Shown: in pieces, positions 26,345 through 39,460 of the stretch | Layout: every line of letters starts with the position of its first letter | How positions within the stretch are numbered: the first letter of the stretch is position 1 | Assembly (NCBI RefSeq): GCF_963921235.1 | Contig: NC_086097.1 | Location: 73,596,001 to 73,660,000 of the forward strand | Direction of reading: 5' to 3' | From: Mobula hypostoma | Taxonomy: Eukaryota | Length of the DNA stretch: 64,000 nt | Notes under the pieces: model-generated | What the model was told of the DNA's origin: nothing | The model's database searches: none | What the model saw: only the letters and a program-made list of their open reading frames with translations | Translations under genes and position numbers: made by a program

Positions 26345-27330
26345 TTCAAGTTCAGTTTATCATTCAACTCTACACATATATACAGTTAAATGAAACAATG
26401 TTCCTCCGGGACCAAGGGGCAATCATACAGTACATATAACTTACAGCACATAAAATATTAATACAGAAGTATTAACAGCCAAAAAATATTCTGCAGGTAT
26501 ACGAGTTGAGAAAGTGCATACACAACAGATAGTTGAATATACAACAGCATTCTGATCCCAGTGCTGTCATAAATAATGTGTGCTGGGTGGTAGCAGGGTG
26601 TTCAGACATCTCAGATCCTGGGGAAGAAGCCATTACCCAGCCTAACAATTCCTGGTCTCAAACTGCGGTACCTTCTGCCTGATGGTAGAAGGTTAAAGAG
26701 GTTATGGGACAGATGGGAGGGATCACTGACAATGCTGAGGGCCCTGCGAATGCATTTCTGATATACGCCCTGGATGGTGGATGGGGAAGAAGAGACCCTG
26801 AAGATTCTCCCAGCAGTTCTCACACTCTGTTGCAGGGTCTTGTGGTCCAGTGCTTTGCAATTCCCATACAAGATGTTGATACAGCTAGTCAGAACACTCT
26901 CAATGGTGCCCTGGTAGATTGTGGTTAGAATGAGGGTAGAGAGCCTCGCTTACCTCAATCTCCTCAGGAAGTGGAGGCGCTACCATGCTTTCCTGACTAA
27001 AGAGGTGGTGTTGAGGGACCAAGTGAGGTCACTTGTGATGTGCATTCCAAGAAGTGTGGTGTGCCTGCCTCGCTCCAAGGATAAGCCATTGTTGTGCGGT
27101 AGGGAGTAGCAAGCCTGCACCCTCCTAAAGTCCACAATCATCTCTTTATTCTTGTCCACACTGAGACTCAAGTTGTTGTGCTTACACTAGTCCACAAGTT
27201 TATCCATCTCCTCTCTGTATGGTGACTCATCATTGTTGCTGATGAAGCCAACTACTGTTGTATCATCAGCAAACTTAACGGTGTGGGGCTAGCAGTACAG
27301 TTATGCCTCAGCAGTGTGAGCATGCAGCCC
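26345..27330 (-). mobile_element. Rex/Babar- or L2-like LINE 3' fragment
   Basis: KEMIVDFRR, LGMHITSDLTWS and DPSHLSHNLFNLLPSGRRYRSL motifs. Confidence 0.8.
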
Positions 27331-30300
27331 TGTGGTAATAGCCTCCGCAAATCTACCTTGGAGAATCTTAAGTAGGCAGCACAAGTACACCCTCTTCCCC
27401 TTCTTAAATAGCTACCATTTCAAAACTCCCAATCTACTCCTGCTAAATTACTTCAGAAGTAAAATTGGCCTTCCTCCAGCAGAGAACCTACTTCATTCTT
27501 TTTCATAACTACAGGTCTAACTGAATTATGACAACTACCACAAAAATACTCTTCCACTGAATAACAAGGTGATGGCCATTTCCTACTATTGCTGCCCAAA
27601 CCCTTTTGTCCTCGTTTGGAAATTTGCCTGTAGATTTCACCCATCTTCCTTGGATTTAACACATTGTTATCATATAGCCCAATTAGTGTGACTGGTTCTT
27701 TTGTTCAACTCAAAAGTCTCATTCAAAGATCCTTCTAAAATGACAGCCTTTCACGGAACCACAAATGTTTCTTTAACCAATGCTTCCGCTACTCCATTTT
27801 TTTTTAATCACTTCTGCAATCTACTCTGAAAACCCTGTAACAGAAATATTAATCTATGCTTAAGTAACAGCTAAAATAACAAAAGCTGCACATGTCTGTA
27901 AGTACTCGGTTACCATCTGCCTTGGCAACTAAGCCATTTTTATTCAGCTATAAGCAAATTTCATTTGGAATTATGCCATTTCCGTTTTCTAACTTTTGAT
28001 TTATCTGCCCTTCAAACTCTCTCTCTCTGCTTTTAGCTTCCTAAACTCTACACTCCCTAATAGCATGTGTAATCCCACCTACAAGGATACCGATCTCGAT
28101 TCTGTTGAAGAGCAACTAGAATCTAAAGCACTGTCTCCTGCACCATCTCACTAACCATATATGATCATCTTTTTCCTCATATTCGATATTCACTTGCATG
28201 TAACAGGTATCCGGTGATTACTATCTTGAAGTCAAACTTCATAAATCTCTTTCTTAAAAGTGCTAAAATCTGTTTGTAGAAACACAGCTCCATTTCTGCT
28301 CATATTGTTGATATTTATATAGATCATGAACATCAATCCCATACCAGATATTCTGTAATAACTATGCACTTGACCCAGGCACTGGGGAGGTTGCACACTA
28401 CCCTGATATCAAATTGGAAAGCATGCAAAAGCTTGTCTGCTCCTTTAACAGTAGAATCATTTCTAACATTTGCTTTCCCAACTTTTCTCCTCCCTCCAGA
28501 TGCAGCCAAACCACCCAGTGTGCTAAGCTCTTAGTTCTGGCTATAGATCACAATATTTGCAACTAAATACTGGCTATAGAGAAAGATCATCTATTATTTT
28601 TGTTGGGGGAAATGTTACTTGCCACAAATTGTCCATGTTGTTCAATAGGGATTGGCTGCTTCATTCTGTGGAAAAGCAATTACGTTTTGCCTTTTCCTCA
28701 ATGAAAGTCAGGTTTTATCAACCCATTCACAAAAGCATGGGGCTCCTCACAAACACCTCCTCCCTTTTTCCTGTGCATGCTCAGCTCACACACTAAGCAA
28801 TTTGTTTGAAGACACAAGAGACCACAACTGAGTGTGATACTAACCTCCCAACCAATCCAGGCAATGGAACTGTTCCTCAGTCAAATTCGGAATATCTTTC
28901 TCTCCAAAGATAAATTGTCCAATGTGGACACTTCCAGTGGATACAAGAAACTAAACATGGCCAAATTCTTGTAAAACTATGTGATAGAATAAAAGTGAGA
29001 TGGGGGAAATGGCATTTCATGATGACATCATCATGCCACTCTGAACACTGGCTACTGACCACTGGTGTTGATATCCATTTCTGTTCTGTTGTGAAGCCAG
29101 AATCCAATATGGATAGAATCTTATTATCCAGGAGAATTCCTGCGCCTGCTCCGTCTACTGCTTTCTAATTGGGGGATAAACTGGACCCTTTGGGTCATGA
29201 GTTACTGTAACTACCCTTGTAGTATGGTATGCCACAGACTGGGAGAGATGACCTTTAGGGATATGTTAGATATAGGTTATCCTTCAGTAATTATATGGAC
29301 AGCAGGCATTAATATAAACAAAAACCAGTGTTCAAAAAACCTGGCTGAATGTAAACTACAAGCAGTTTTAAAAGTAGAAGCACAGCACTGTAAACCATTA
29401 GAACCAACTGTAGAGCACAAGCTACTGACCTACAGTAGGAGACTGCTCAAGATTTGGATACTTATAATTTTGAGTACAGAATCGATTGCTTTGTGGCTAC
29501 GTTTGTGGCCGGTACAAAGGTAGGTGGAGGGGCAGGCCAAGTTAAGAGTATATTTCAAGTAGAGGTTGATAGGTGCTTGATTAGCAAGGGGGTCAAAGGT
29601 TATGGGGAGAAAGCAGGAGAATAGGGCTGAAGGGGATAATAAATCAGCCATGATGGAATGGCAGAGCAGACTCAATGTGCAGAATATGCCACACCCTGCT
29701 CCTATATTGTATGGTCTTGAGAGGTGACTTACAAACTCTCATGACTGTGACATATTCTCACATACATCAGCTATACAACGACACAGTGTTAACTGGCCTA
29801 GACCATACCAAGCTTAAGATATCTTCAACAATATGATCAAGTACTAGACCACATTTATTTTGGTATTTAGCACATAAATCATGGTTAAAGGCATACTTGT
29901 TCCATTGGTCAGCATTTGGGATATTTGAGCACCCAGAAAGTCAGACTTGACAACAACAATCTTTGGTGTCTGGGTTCTGCATTCTCAAATGTTTTTAGAC
30001 TTTGCAACCTGAAAGGAAGCTCTGCCTTGCTGAGTTGCTGCAGCCCAGGAAATTTTTGTTATTGCTAAGCAACCAGCCAGCTTAATTACTCTTGCCAATG
30101 TACACAAAATAACTTTAACCTCTAAACAGAAAGCTCAATGTCATCTAGGACAAAGCAGTCAACTTTATCAGCACCATATCTTCCACCTTAAACATTGTTC
30201 CTTCATATCATGGATCAACCTGGTTGCAGAAACTTTAAAAGGTTTGTTCAACAGCACCTGCAAGTCGATGCCATTGCTGCTGTAACTGTTACTACTAACT

Positions 30301-31646
30301 TGGTGGGGGTGGGTATGTTTAGAAATACCAAAACCACCAGATTGGGTTCAAGAATGTCAGCAGTGCAGTTCCCTGTATTTGCAGAAGAAAACAAATCTTG
30401 TGCAGGATGTGGGGACACATTGATATTGTAAATATTGCAACAAAGATAAATCATTCTAACTGCAAAAATTTATAATAGACTTCCAATATCTGTACCTCCC
30501 TGTGGTGAACAATGCAATTACTACCCTGTAGGCATATCTGTCAATTGTAGATTGGCTGATTTACCCAATTCAACTGGAAGTGAGAAAGAATTGATTTTCA
30601 TAGAATAGATTGGCCTCAAGTTAAATTTAGACTACAATAATCTTTCTTCCATTGAGTGTTGTACTAATTTGAAGAGAGAGTTTTCAATCTGAAGTGATAA
30701 TAGAAATGTGATTTTGCCTAAAGATAATCACTGGTGGATTACACAAGAGAATGCAGTAAACTTCAATATAATTACACTTTTTTCCCCTCATCCAGATAAT
30801 ACCATTATAGTTTTTCCCCAGTTAATAAAGTGGTTCCTTTCCAATAAAACTATTCTCCTTTTGACCAGCTGAAACACAATTTGAAACTTACATGTTCATC
30901 ATTCAATAGCCTTTGTTGCCAGAAACAGAGTGAAGATGCTCAGGGGTTTTCATTGCCCATTGATTATTTCATAGACTCCATTCCTTTAACCTGATCAAAT
31001 ATAAATGCTATTGGTTTGCATGGACACTCATTTTAAAGGCCGTGTCCAAATATATTCCCTTTTCTTAGTCATAATGAATAAAACTAAGATTAGGGAACCT
31101 ACTTGTTAGGTAACAATTTAAATAAATTAAAAGACTTTGTTGCAGCAAAGATTTGTTCAATGACTGGGGGGAACCTGTAGTATTATTCCATTTACAATGC
31201 CTATCCCATAGACTAATGAGAATTTAAAAAAAACCTTCTCCATACGCTCATTCCTAATCCTGAAATCACAATCCTATTTAAAATAGGAGTGTATTCAGTT
31301 AGCATTTTCCACTCAAACTGCAGTTGCATATTCCAATGTTGAGTGGTCACAGAGTTCCCCTCAAAATGCCAGTCTCTTTTTGGCATGAATTTGACCTGTT
31401 TTTGGTACAGAGTGGGAAGCGCCAAACAGACATTCTGTAATGATCAATAAACCAATTGTTTGGAATCAAAAGACCTTGCCTGGTGACTCAGGGTTGAGAG
31501 TGCCTGCACCCGTGCCACCACAGCCCCTGGTACTCCTTCTCTGCCACTTGCCCCACACCTCTCTCAGCGCTCCATCCTCACTATTCCCAACATCTTTTGC
31601 TCTCATAAGTTTTACAAATTTGTTGTCAGGTCCACGTTGACAAATA

Positions 31647-31711
31647 CAGTACTGTGCAAAAGTCTTAGGCACTCTAGCTGTATATGTGCCTAAGACTTTT
31701 GCACTGTACTG
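31647..31711. mobile_element. 65-bp Tc1/mariner-type MITE
   Basis: 26-bp terminal inverted repeats (cagtactgtgcaaaagtcttaggcac, 1 mismatch), 13-nt spacer, TA on both sides (31645-31646 and 31712-31713). Confidence 0.85.
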
Positions 31712-31739
31712 TATGCTGCTTTTCATTTCCTTTTCCAGT

Positions 31740-32130
31740 CATGGTTGCATCATCCTGCCCTTAGCATACTTCTTCTTCGGGATACTTCCAAATTTCTGCC
31801 AGGAACTCCAGATATTGCAAGTTCTGCCATCACCCCTGCTAGTGTTCCCTTGCAATTAACTTTGGCCAACTCCTCTCTCATGCCTCTAAAATTCCCTTTA
31901 CTCCACTGTAATACTGATTCATCTGACTTTAGCTTCTCCCTCTCAAACTGCAGGGTGAAGATCATCATATTATGATCACTGTCTCTAACGGTTCTTTTAC
32001 CTTAAACTCCCTAATCAAATCTGGTTCATCATACAACACCTAACTCGGAATAGCCTTTCCCATAGTAGGCTCAACCACAAGCTGCTCTAAAGAGCCATCT
32101 TGTAGGCATTCTACAAATTCTCTCTCTTGG
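31740..32130 (-). mobile_element. CR1 endonuclease/linker fragment
   Basis: SDHNMMIFTLQFEREK..WSKGNFRGMREELAKV on the minus strand. Confidence 0.7.
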
Positions 32131-33879
32131 GGCTAACCTGTACCTATTACATCCGTCCTAGGCTCTACACAAATTTTTGTCCGGCCAGCTCATTCAACAC
32201 GGGTCGCCAGCTCCAACAGCTTATGACCACAACAGGAGGTCTAATTTCCTCGGGACCCAGCAGCAACTAAAGCTAAAACCAGCTGCAGTTCTCAAAAAGG
32301 AATGTTGCCCTGAAGCTGCAGCAGTAACTGCCAGGTATTTAGCAACCCATTCTGACCTGAGAGACAACCAAGAACAGCACCTACCTTGTGAGAAAACACT
32401 GGAGTGCAGTGCTGTTTAATAGATACTTAGATAATTAAGGTGCAGAAGGGTACTATGCTAACACAGGCAAATGGGATTAGTGCAGATGAGTAAAAAGGTC
32501 AGTATCTATTGCTGGTCCAGTTCCTGTATGACTCTATGTTTCTACATCTAATTGTACACGACTGGCAATAAGCTACCGCTCCCCAGTGTCACATGTTCAC
32601 CTCACAGCTACATGCAATCAGCTCTGCTAAAGCAAATGTAAATTATCGCACATTCGCAATTCCAAGAAATAATTAGATGCCACCTCAGCATTGCAAATAT
32701 TCATCAGAAATGAGGTCATTATACCTCCCATAGTGTCTGTAAAATAATACAAGCAAACTGATTTCACAGAAGTGCTCTCAATGCACAAACAAATGTTACC
32801 TCAGTTGTTACGATTGCTGTTTTTACCTTCAAAAAATTACATGGGCCTTGGACACTTTCCACAATACTGGTAGCAGCTGTTTTCGGTTTGCAGACTTTCA
32901 ATGTCTTTGGGATTCTGCCACACTTTGCTTGCTCCTTTGTAACTGGTAATTTCATTTGAGATTCAAAAAACGCCTTCCTTTCACTCACAAAAGGTCCACG
33001 GGTTATCTTGACAGACTGTGAACCTACAAGACGCAGTAAAGAAGAACACATTGAAGTGTCCGTGCTTCTACGATATATCCCCTCATATACACTACATATG
33101 TTATGTCAAAAAAAAACACAACTCTACCCTACCACTCCCTGTAGTTGCCAGTTTGCAAAATCACAGAAATGGCAGTGATTATCCTGACCTCAGTGGCATG
33201 ACTCAACACATCTCTCACTCATCCACCTCTCTGGCATGATCAGGAATAGTCAACAGAATGCCTCCATATGCAATTTATATAATAATCCTTACAGCTGACA
33301 GAAAAGTTTCACCCTAGGTCCATATATAAGTGAATGCACAATAAATAACTAGAAAGTTTAACGGTCCAAATATTTCATACAAATCATGTTTGATGACGTT
33401 ATCTTATTCAATTTTTCTGAATTCAAATCCTTCATCTTGAAACAAATAAACTTTCTTTTGTTGCTTTGTAAACTTTAAATAAAAGGATCGTATAAAACTG
33501 TGGTGCAAAAAAATGCCACATACCTGATTTTGTTTCTTCAGGATGCTGTGGAAAGATTGAACTATTCAATTTCAGTTGCAATGAAGATTTTTTGGTATCA
33601 TTCGGCAACCATCTCTTATGAATAACATCATTCTTAACAAATAAACAAGGAAATACAATAAAATCCAGCAGATATAAATTGATATTTCATTATACTTATC
33701 AATCTATCAGCTAAGTTGAAAGGCACAAAGCATTTTCTGCCAAAATTCTTGATTATATTACTAACCTATTAACTTCTTTGCAAAGATTCACATCACAATC
33801 AATCACACCTTTTCCACTAATTCTGAATCAATCCCATTTTTTGTTTTTCACTTTACATTCTCTCCAGATTATGCCACTC

Positions 33880-34050
33880 ATCAACACACTAGGGCAACCG
33901 ATGGTGGCCAGCAAACCTTCCAACTGACAACACTTTGGAATGTGGAAGAAAACCAAAGCACCCAGAAAAAATCCACACAGTCACAGAGAGAATATACAAA
34001 CTTCACATAGACAGCACCAAAGGTTAGGTTTGAACCCTGGTCCGTTTTGT
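33880..34050 (-). mobile_element. HE1/V-SINE-like tRNA-derived SINE remnant
   Basis: Degenerate V-domain (tttggaatgtggaagaaaacc..cacccag..agagaatatacaaact) and a B-box-like tttgaacc; related copies at about 50350-50510 and 56980-57140. Confidence 0.6.
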
Positions 34051-35444
34051 CACTGTATTAACCAAATGTTAAGTAGTTATTAATCTAATAATATTTTTAT
34101 CACTTTTAAAGAGATACTGAGGCAAAGCCTTCTGAGGCAATAGCTTCAAATGCATTTCAAAGTTTAAAAAGCTGATACTGAATATGAAATAATCATTGTT
34201 TTATAAAGGTAGCTTCCCCAAAACAGAATAGGGCAGATGCATGACGACTGTCACCAATTAAAAATAGAAAAGATAGTTAATACAAAACATGACACTTGAA
34301 CTGTAATACTACAAGGTAAATGTACTCACTGCAGTGCTCCAAAGATTGAAGACTGGCACTCCATCCACCACTTTATCCATTTCTCACAGACATTTAACCT
34401 CTCTGAGCAGTTCCTATGAAATTTTCAATTGTGTATAATTATATATCCTAAAAACATCTCGCTCTCTTTTCATTTGACAGCAACAGTGTTGAAGAAATTA
34501 AGTTATAACATTGAAGCAACTTGAAAGAATACAATTTGTACTAAGTTTGAACTGGACATTTTTAGTCTAATTAAGGCAACTGAATCATGTATTGCACTTC
34601 CAAGTTAAAAAAAAACATTGTCACAAAGAAAAATAACACAAATGTTTAAGAATACACATGTCTTATTGTTTTACTTGTATTATAACAAGATTGTTTACTT
34701 GGAATTTTTTTAAAAAGCACATTAACAATTATCTAATGCAACAATAATACATTAACAAAATTCTTACCAAGTATAGTTAAGACTTTGAATTTTGCTGTTG
34801 ATCAAAATTTGGGGGAGTTCTACCAGTTCCTCCTCAAAATGCATCTGTTGAAAAGCGAGTCAGAAAATGGTGTTGATTAATTTATTCAATGATGAAAGGA
34901 GGCATGCAAAATAACAGCACTGCAATATAGACAGAAAACAATTAAAGGCAATTTATTGTTTTCAATTAAACAATTAAACAATTTAAATAGTGATTTTTGA
35001 TTACCACTATGATCAATAATTTTAAATATATAGCTCAGTACATTTAATGCTCTGTAAATGAAGCAAAACAGAATGTGAAGAGTTCTATTTATATTAAAAT
35101 AAGCCTCAGAAATTTAATTTGTGATAAAGATGGAACTGATCTGTCTGCACAAGTACAAGATGCTTGCCTCAATGGCCTATAAAATCACGATAGTAATGCA
35201 CTGTCCGTGCTCCCCACTCTGCAACTCAATTAGTCCACATTTTCCTGGATTTCAATATTCTATTTCCTGAACCGTATGATACAAGGTGGATGGCAACACC
35301 CTGTTTCTCCTGGAACCTTTTCACTCCTGCATGATAGATATTACAAGATCAAAACCAAAAAATGTTGGAAACATTTCAGATTCTTAATTGCTTCACTGCT
35401 GAGTATTTCCAGCATCTTCAGTTTTTTTTTTGACACTTCAAGCA

Positions 35445-36105
35445 CAGAGTGCCAAAAAAAAATATTCACCCCCCCCCCCGTTTATATGTTTTATTGTTTT
35501 ACAACATTGAATCACAGTGGATTTAGTTTGTCTTTTTTCGGCACTGATCAACAGAATAGACTCTTTCAAGTCAAAGTGAAAAAATTCCACAAATCGGTGT
35601 AAATTTATTACAAACATTAAACACAAAATAATTGATTGCATAATTACTCACACCTTTCAAGTCAGTATTTAGTAGATGTACCTTTGGCAGTAATTACAGC
35701 CTTGCATCTGTGTGGATAGGTCTCTATCAGCTTTGCACATCTGCACACTGCAATTTTTCCCCATTCTTCTTTACAAAGCTGCTCAAGTTCTGTCAGATCG
35801 CATGGAACAGCCCTTTTCAAGTCCAGCCACAAATTCTCAGTCGGATTGAGGTTTGGACTCTGAGTTGGGCACTCCAGGGCATTAATTTTGTTGTTCTTAA
35901 GCCATTCCTGTGTAGTCTTAGCTTTATGCTTGGGGTCATTGACAATTCTTCGCAGTTCACTTGCAGACTGCATCATGTTTTCCTCCAGGATTTCTCTGTA
36001 TTTTGCTGCATTCATTTTACCCTCTCCCTTCACAAGCCTTCCAGGGCCTGCTGCAGTGAAACATCCCCACAGCATGATGCAGCCACCACCATGCTTCACG
36101 GTAGG
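35445..36105 (-). mobile_element. Tc1-like DNA transposon remnant: C-terminal transposase (35662-36099) and one terminal repeat
   Basis: KHGGGCIMLWGCF, NDPKH, SPNLNPTENLW and KGTSTKY motifs; terminal-repeat-like cagagtgcc..aaatattcacccc at about 35445; catalytic region damaged. Confidence 0.85.
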
Positions 36106-36565
36106 GATGGGGGATGAGAAGCCTTGCTCTCCGCAGAAAGTGTAGACGCTACTGTGCCTTCTTGACCAGTGAGGTGATGATGTGGGTCCAGGTTAGATCA
36201 TCCATTATGTTCACACCAAGGAACTTTGCACTCTTCATTCTCTCCACAGCAGAACCATTGAATTGCAATGGAGAGTGGTGAACCTATAACTTACTGAAGT
36301 CCACAATCATCTCTTTTCTCTTGTCCATGCTGAGACTCTGGTTGTTCTTGCACCTTTGACAAGCCTCTCTACCTCCTCTCTGTATGCCAACTCGCCATTG
36401 TTGCTGATGAGACCGACTGTGATAGTACAATCAACGAACTTGATGATGCAGTTTGAGCTAGATCCGACACCATAGTCATGAGTCAGCAGTGTGAACATCA
36501 CTGGGCTCAGCACACAGCCCTGGGGCACCAATGCTCAACGTGATGGAGCTTGAAATGTTGCTGAT
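36105..36565 (-). mobile_element. Rex/Babar-like LINE RT fragment
   Basis: [17 protein letters not shown] and IIKFVD..VGLISN..AYREEV motifs. Confidence 0.75.
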
Positions 36566-36919
36566 CTTGTGTCCCCAACATGTCGAAAATTAAAAGAGAC
36601 ATACACAAATGCTGGAGGAACCTAATAGATCAGGCAGCATCAATGGAAGTGAATAAAGTCGACACTTCTCTAACATATTAAAAATGAATATAACAGAGAA
36701 TAATACAAGTATAGATATTGTGTTCCAATTGCATAATCGAGTTACATTTGTTTTAATTGAAGCCTGATCTGGAAAATGGTGATGGCTACTCTACCTGTCT
36801 ATGCTTGTTGAGTTTTGGATTCAGGGAAAAAACAAAAGAGAGCCAGGTGTACTGCGATATTTTAATTTATTGCCCACGGATGAAGTGAAGTCAAACCTCT
36901 GATATTTAGGTTCCCTGAT

Positions 36920-38400
36920 ATCATATAATTAATAGTCAGATTAACAAAGATGATTCCAAGTACAGGATAGAGGTAGCAAAACTTATGACATGGTGTCAGC
37001 ATAACAAACTAGCTTTAAAAGTCAGCAAGTCCAAAGACATAGTTGCTGACTCAAGGAAGGGCCGGGGGGAGAGAGGGCAGATGGCACAACTCAACCATGT
37101 CCTCATCAACAGAGCTGTTGTAGAGATGGTCAAAAGTTTCAAATTCTTTTGTATCCATATCAACAGCAACCTCACCTGGTCCATTCAGACCGAAAATAAT
37201 CTAGAAAGCAGATCAGCATATTTAGTTTCTTAGGTATCCGAGAAGCTTTGGCACATCCAAGAGGGTTCCCTCAAACTTATTCAAACATACCATAGAAAGT
37301 ACCCTGATGGGTTGTGTTACGTACCCCGTAACTGGGTTGCCAAACCAGCAGAAATGGATCACTCAGTTGGAGTCTGGAGTACTAGAACTAAGAAAGTTTT
37401 ATTAAAGAAACAAGCAACACAGTAATCGAAAGGATAATAAATGCAACAATTCAACAATGATAACCACACATGTGCACAGAATTAAGATAACAGCATCAAT
37501 CAAGCTCTATCGTTGTCTAGGGGTAAATGACCAATTTCAAAATGACTCAAAGTTCAGTCCAGTTTGTAGTTCAGTTCGCAGTAATCGTTGCCATGGCGAT
37601 GGACAAGGTGGGGGAAGAGAGACAGAGAGAACAACTCATCATTCAGCGCAGCTTCACTCACAGACCAGCGGGATGGCTCACAAACAGCTTTTGGGCAGGT
37701 CCTTGGTGATGTCACCTGAGGTCACCGACTGTGACCCCTCCTCCAGATGCGGTCGATCCTCTGCAGTGAACCCGGCACCCAGGCAAGGGCGGACACACAC
37801 CGGGTTCCCGCTGATCGTACCTTTCCACCCTTGTCGTTGTCTGGGACTTCTCACCCACTCGTGAGAAGCGTACCGCTTCCAGGGTCTCGTTACCTCGGGT
37901 GGCGTGTGTGTCTGTCTTAGCGAACCTGTCCCTTTTTATCCCCCTGCTGGGGTATCGCCTGTCCATCACTTCAAACAGTTCAGGGCTCAAAGGGGGGAGC
38001 CGCTCCAGACAGCTCTTCCTCCCACATCCCTTCATTACACATCTCCAGACGCTGCTCCATTGTTCCTTATCTCTCCTTCCCCTGAGGGCAGGTGGCAGAC
38101 CAACTGCTGATGCCACTGATGCTAGCCCAGGCCAGCAAACATCTTAATTTTATGTGTATTCTCGTAACAGTTGCTTCTCAATTGTTCTGCTCCAGACCAG
38201 CAGGTAAACACTTCCCAATTCAGATACTCAGCACTTCCTTCTATTCAGTCCATATACTGTACAGTCCACTCTGCTTCACAAAGACCAGCAGTATTGCCAA
38301 CTTGACCATTCCCTTTTCTGTCCTCTCCCTTCCGAGACAAGATACAGGAAGCTTGAAAGTCAGGACACCAAAACTTTTCTTCTCCACTGTTATCAAGACT
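36920..38400 (+). mobile_element. Old Rex/L2-like LINE fragment split by the solo LTR
   Basis: WCQHNKLALKVSKSKDIV and SFKFF.IHINSNLTWS motifs; continues after 38173 to LPS..RYRKLE. Confidence 0.65.
37315..38169 (-). mobile_element. Solo LTR (855 bp), Gypsy/Ty3-like from the 4-bp TSD
   Basis: Termini TGTTACG...CGTAACA; TSD gttg at 37311-37314 and 38170-38173; minus-strand AATAAA at 37398-37403 and TATA-like GATAAAAA near 37933-37940. Confidence 0.85.
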
Positions 38401-38519
38401 ATTGAGCCAATCATCTCTTTCACATCTCCTTCCTGGTGGCGCTGCCACGTTTTTATACACTTAATTCTATCTTTTTTCATTATTTGACATTTCCTTTTGC
38501 ACTACTTTTGACTTGCACG

Positions 38520-39460
38520 ACAAACTCAGGAACTCACCAGGTCAGGCAGCATCTACGGAAAGAAATAAACAGTCGACATCTCGGGCTGAGACTCTTCATC
38601 AGGACTGGGAAAGAAAAGATGAGAAGTCAGAGTGAGAGTGTGGGGGGAGGGGGGAGGGGGGAGGAAGTGCAAGGTGGCAGGAGAATGTGAACTGGGAGGG
38701 GGAGAGGGTGAAGTAAAGAGCTGGGGAGTTGATTGGTTAAAGAGACAAAGGGCTGGGGAAGGGAGAATCTGATAGGAGAGGGTAGAAAACCATGGTAGAA
38801 AAGGGAAGGAGTACCAGAGGGGATGATATGCAGGTAAGGAACAAATCAGAGGGGGAAACAGGAATGAGGAATGGTGAAGGTGTGGGGGGGGGGAAGAGAG
38901 GGGCAATTACTGGAAGTTCAAGAAATTGATGTTCATGCCATCAGGTTGGAGGCTACTTAGATGGGATACAAGGTGTTGCTTCATCAACCTGCGTGTGGCC
39001 TCATCGCGGTAGTAGAGGACTGACATGTCGGAATGGGAAGTGGAATTAAAATGAGTGGCTACAGGGAGATTCTACTTTTTCTGGTGGACAGAGCATCGGT
39101 GCTCGGCGAAGTGGTCTCCCATTGTACGTTGGGTCTCACCAGAATACAAGGTGCTACACCGTGACCACCGGGTACAGTAAATGACCCCCAACAGACTCAC
39201 AAGTGAAGTGTCACCTCACCTGGAAGGACCTTCTGTGGGGCTGAATGAGGGAGGTGGTGTAAAGGTGGGTGTGGCACTTATCCACTTGCAAGGGTAAGTA
39301 CCAGGAGAGAGATCAGTGGGGAGGGACAAATGGGAAAGTGAGTCACGCAGGAGCGATCCCTGCTAAAAGTGAAAAATTGGAGGGGTGTGGGAGGAGGGAA
39401 AGATATGCTTGGTGGTGGGATCCTGCTGGAGATGGTGGAAGTTATGGAGAATATGTGCAT
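38520..39460 (-). mobile_element. Older PLE 3' fragment (GIY-YIG region and terminal repeat) with a degenerate hammerhead at 38571-38606
   Basis: Colinear with about 15480-16430; hammerhead core reads CUGAUGA...GAGA instead of GAAA. Confidence 0.85.

Larger units (their letters stand above)
9858..34380 (-). pseudogene. Putative decayed multi-exon protein-coding gene of unknown family (about 14 exons)
   Basis: GT-AG exons with matching phases: 34380-34330, 33632-33524, 33023-32800, 31434-31235, 30372-30187, 30008-29897, 29164-29060, 28950-28845, 28665-28619, 25797-25724, 20836-20666, 19402-19325, 12797-12712, about 9947-9858. In-frame stops in four exons and apparent 1-nt deletions in two. 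Confidence 0.6.

Noticed and set aside
27400..28500. Possible extra minus-strand exon near 28194-28269
   Set aside because: Weak donor, does not fit the phase chain, and the region looks like a very old LINE remnant.
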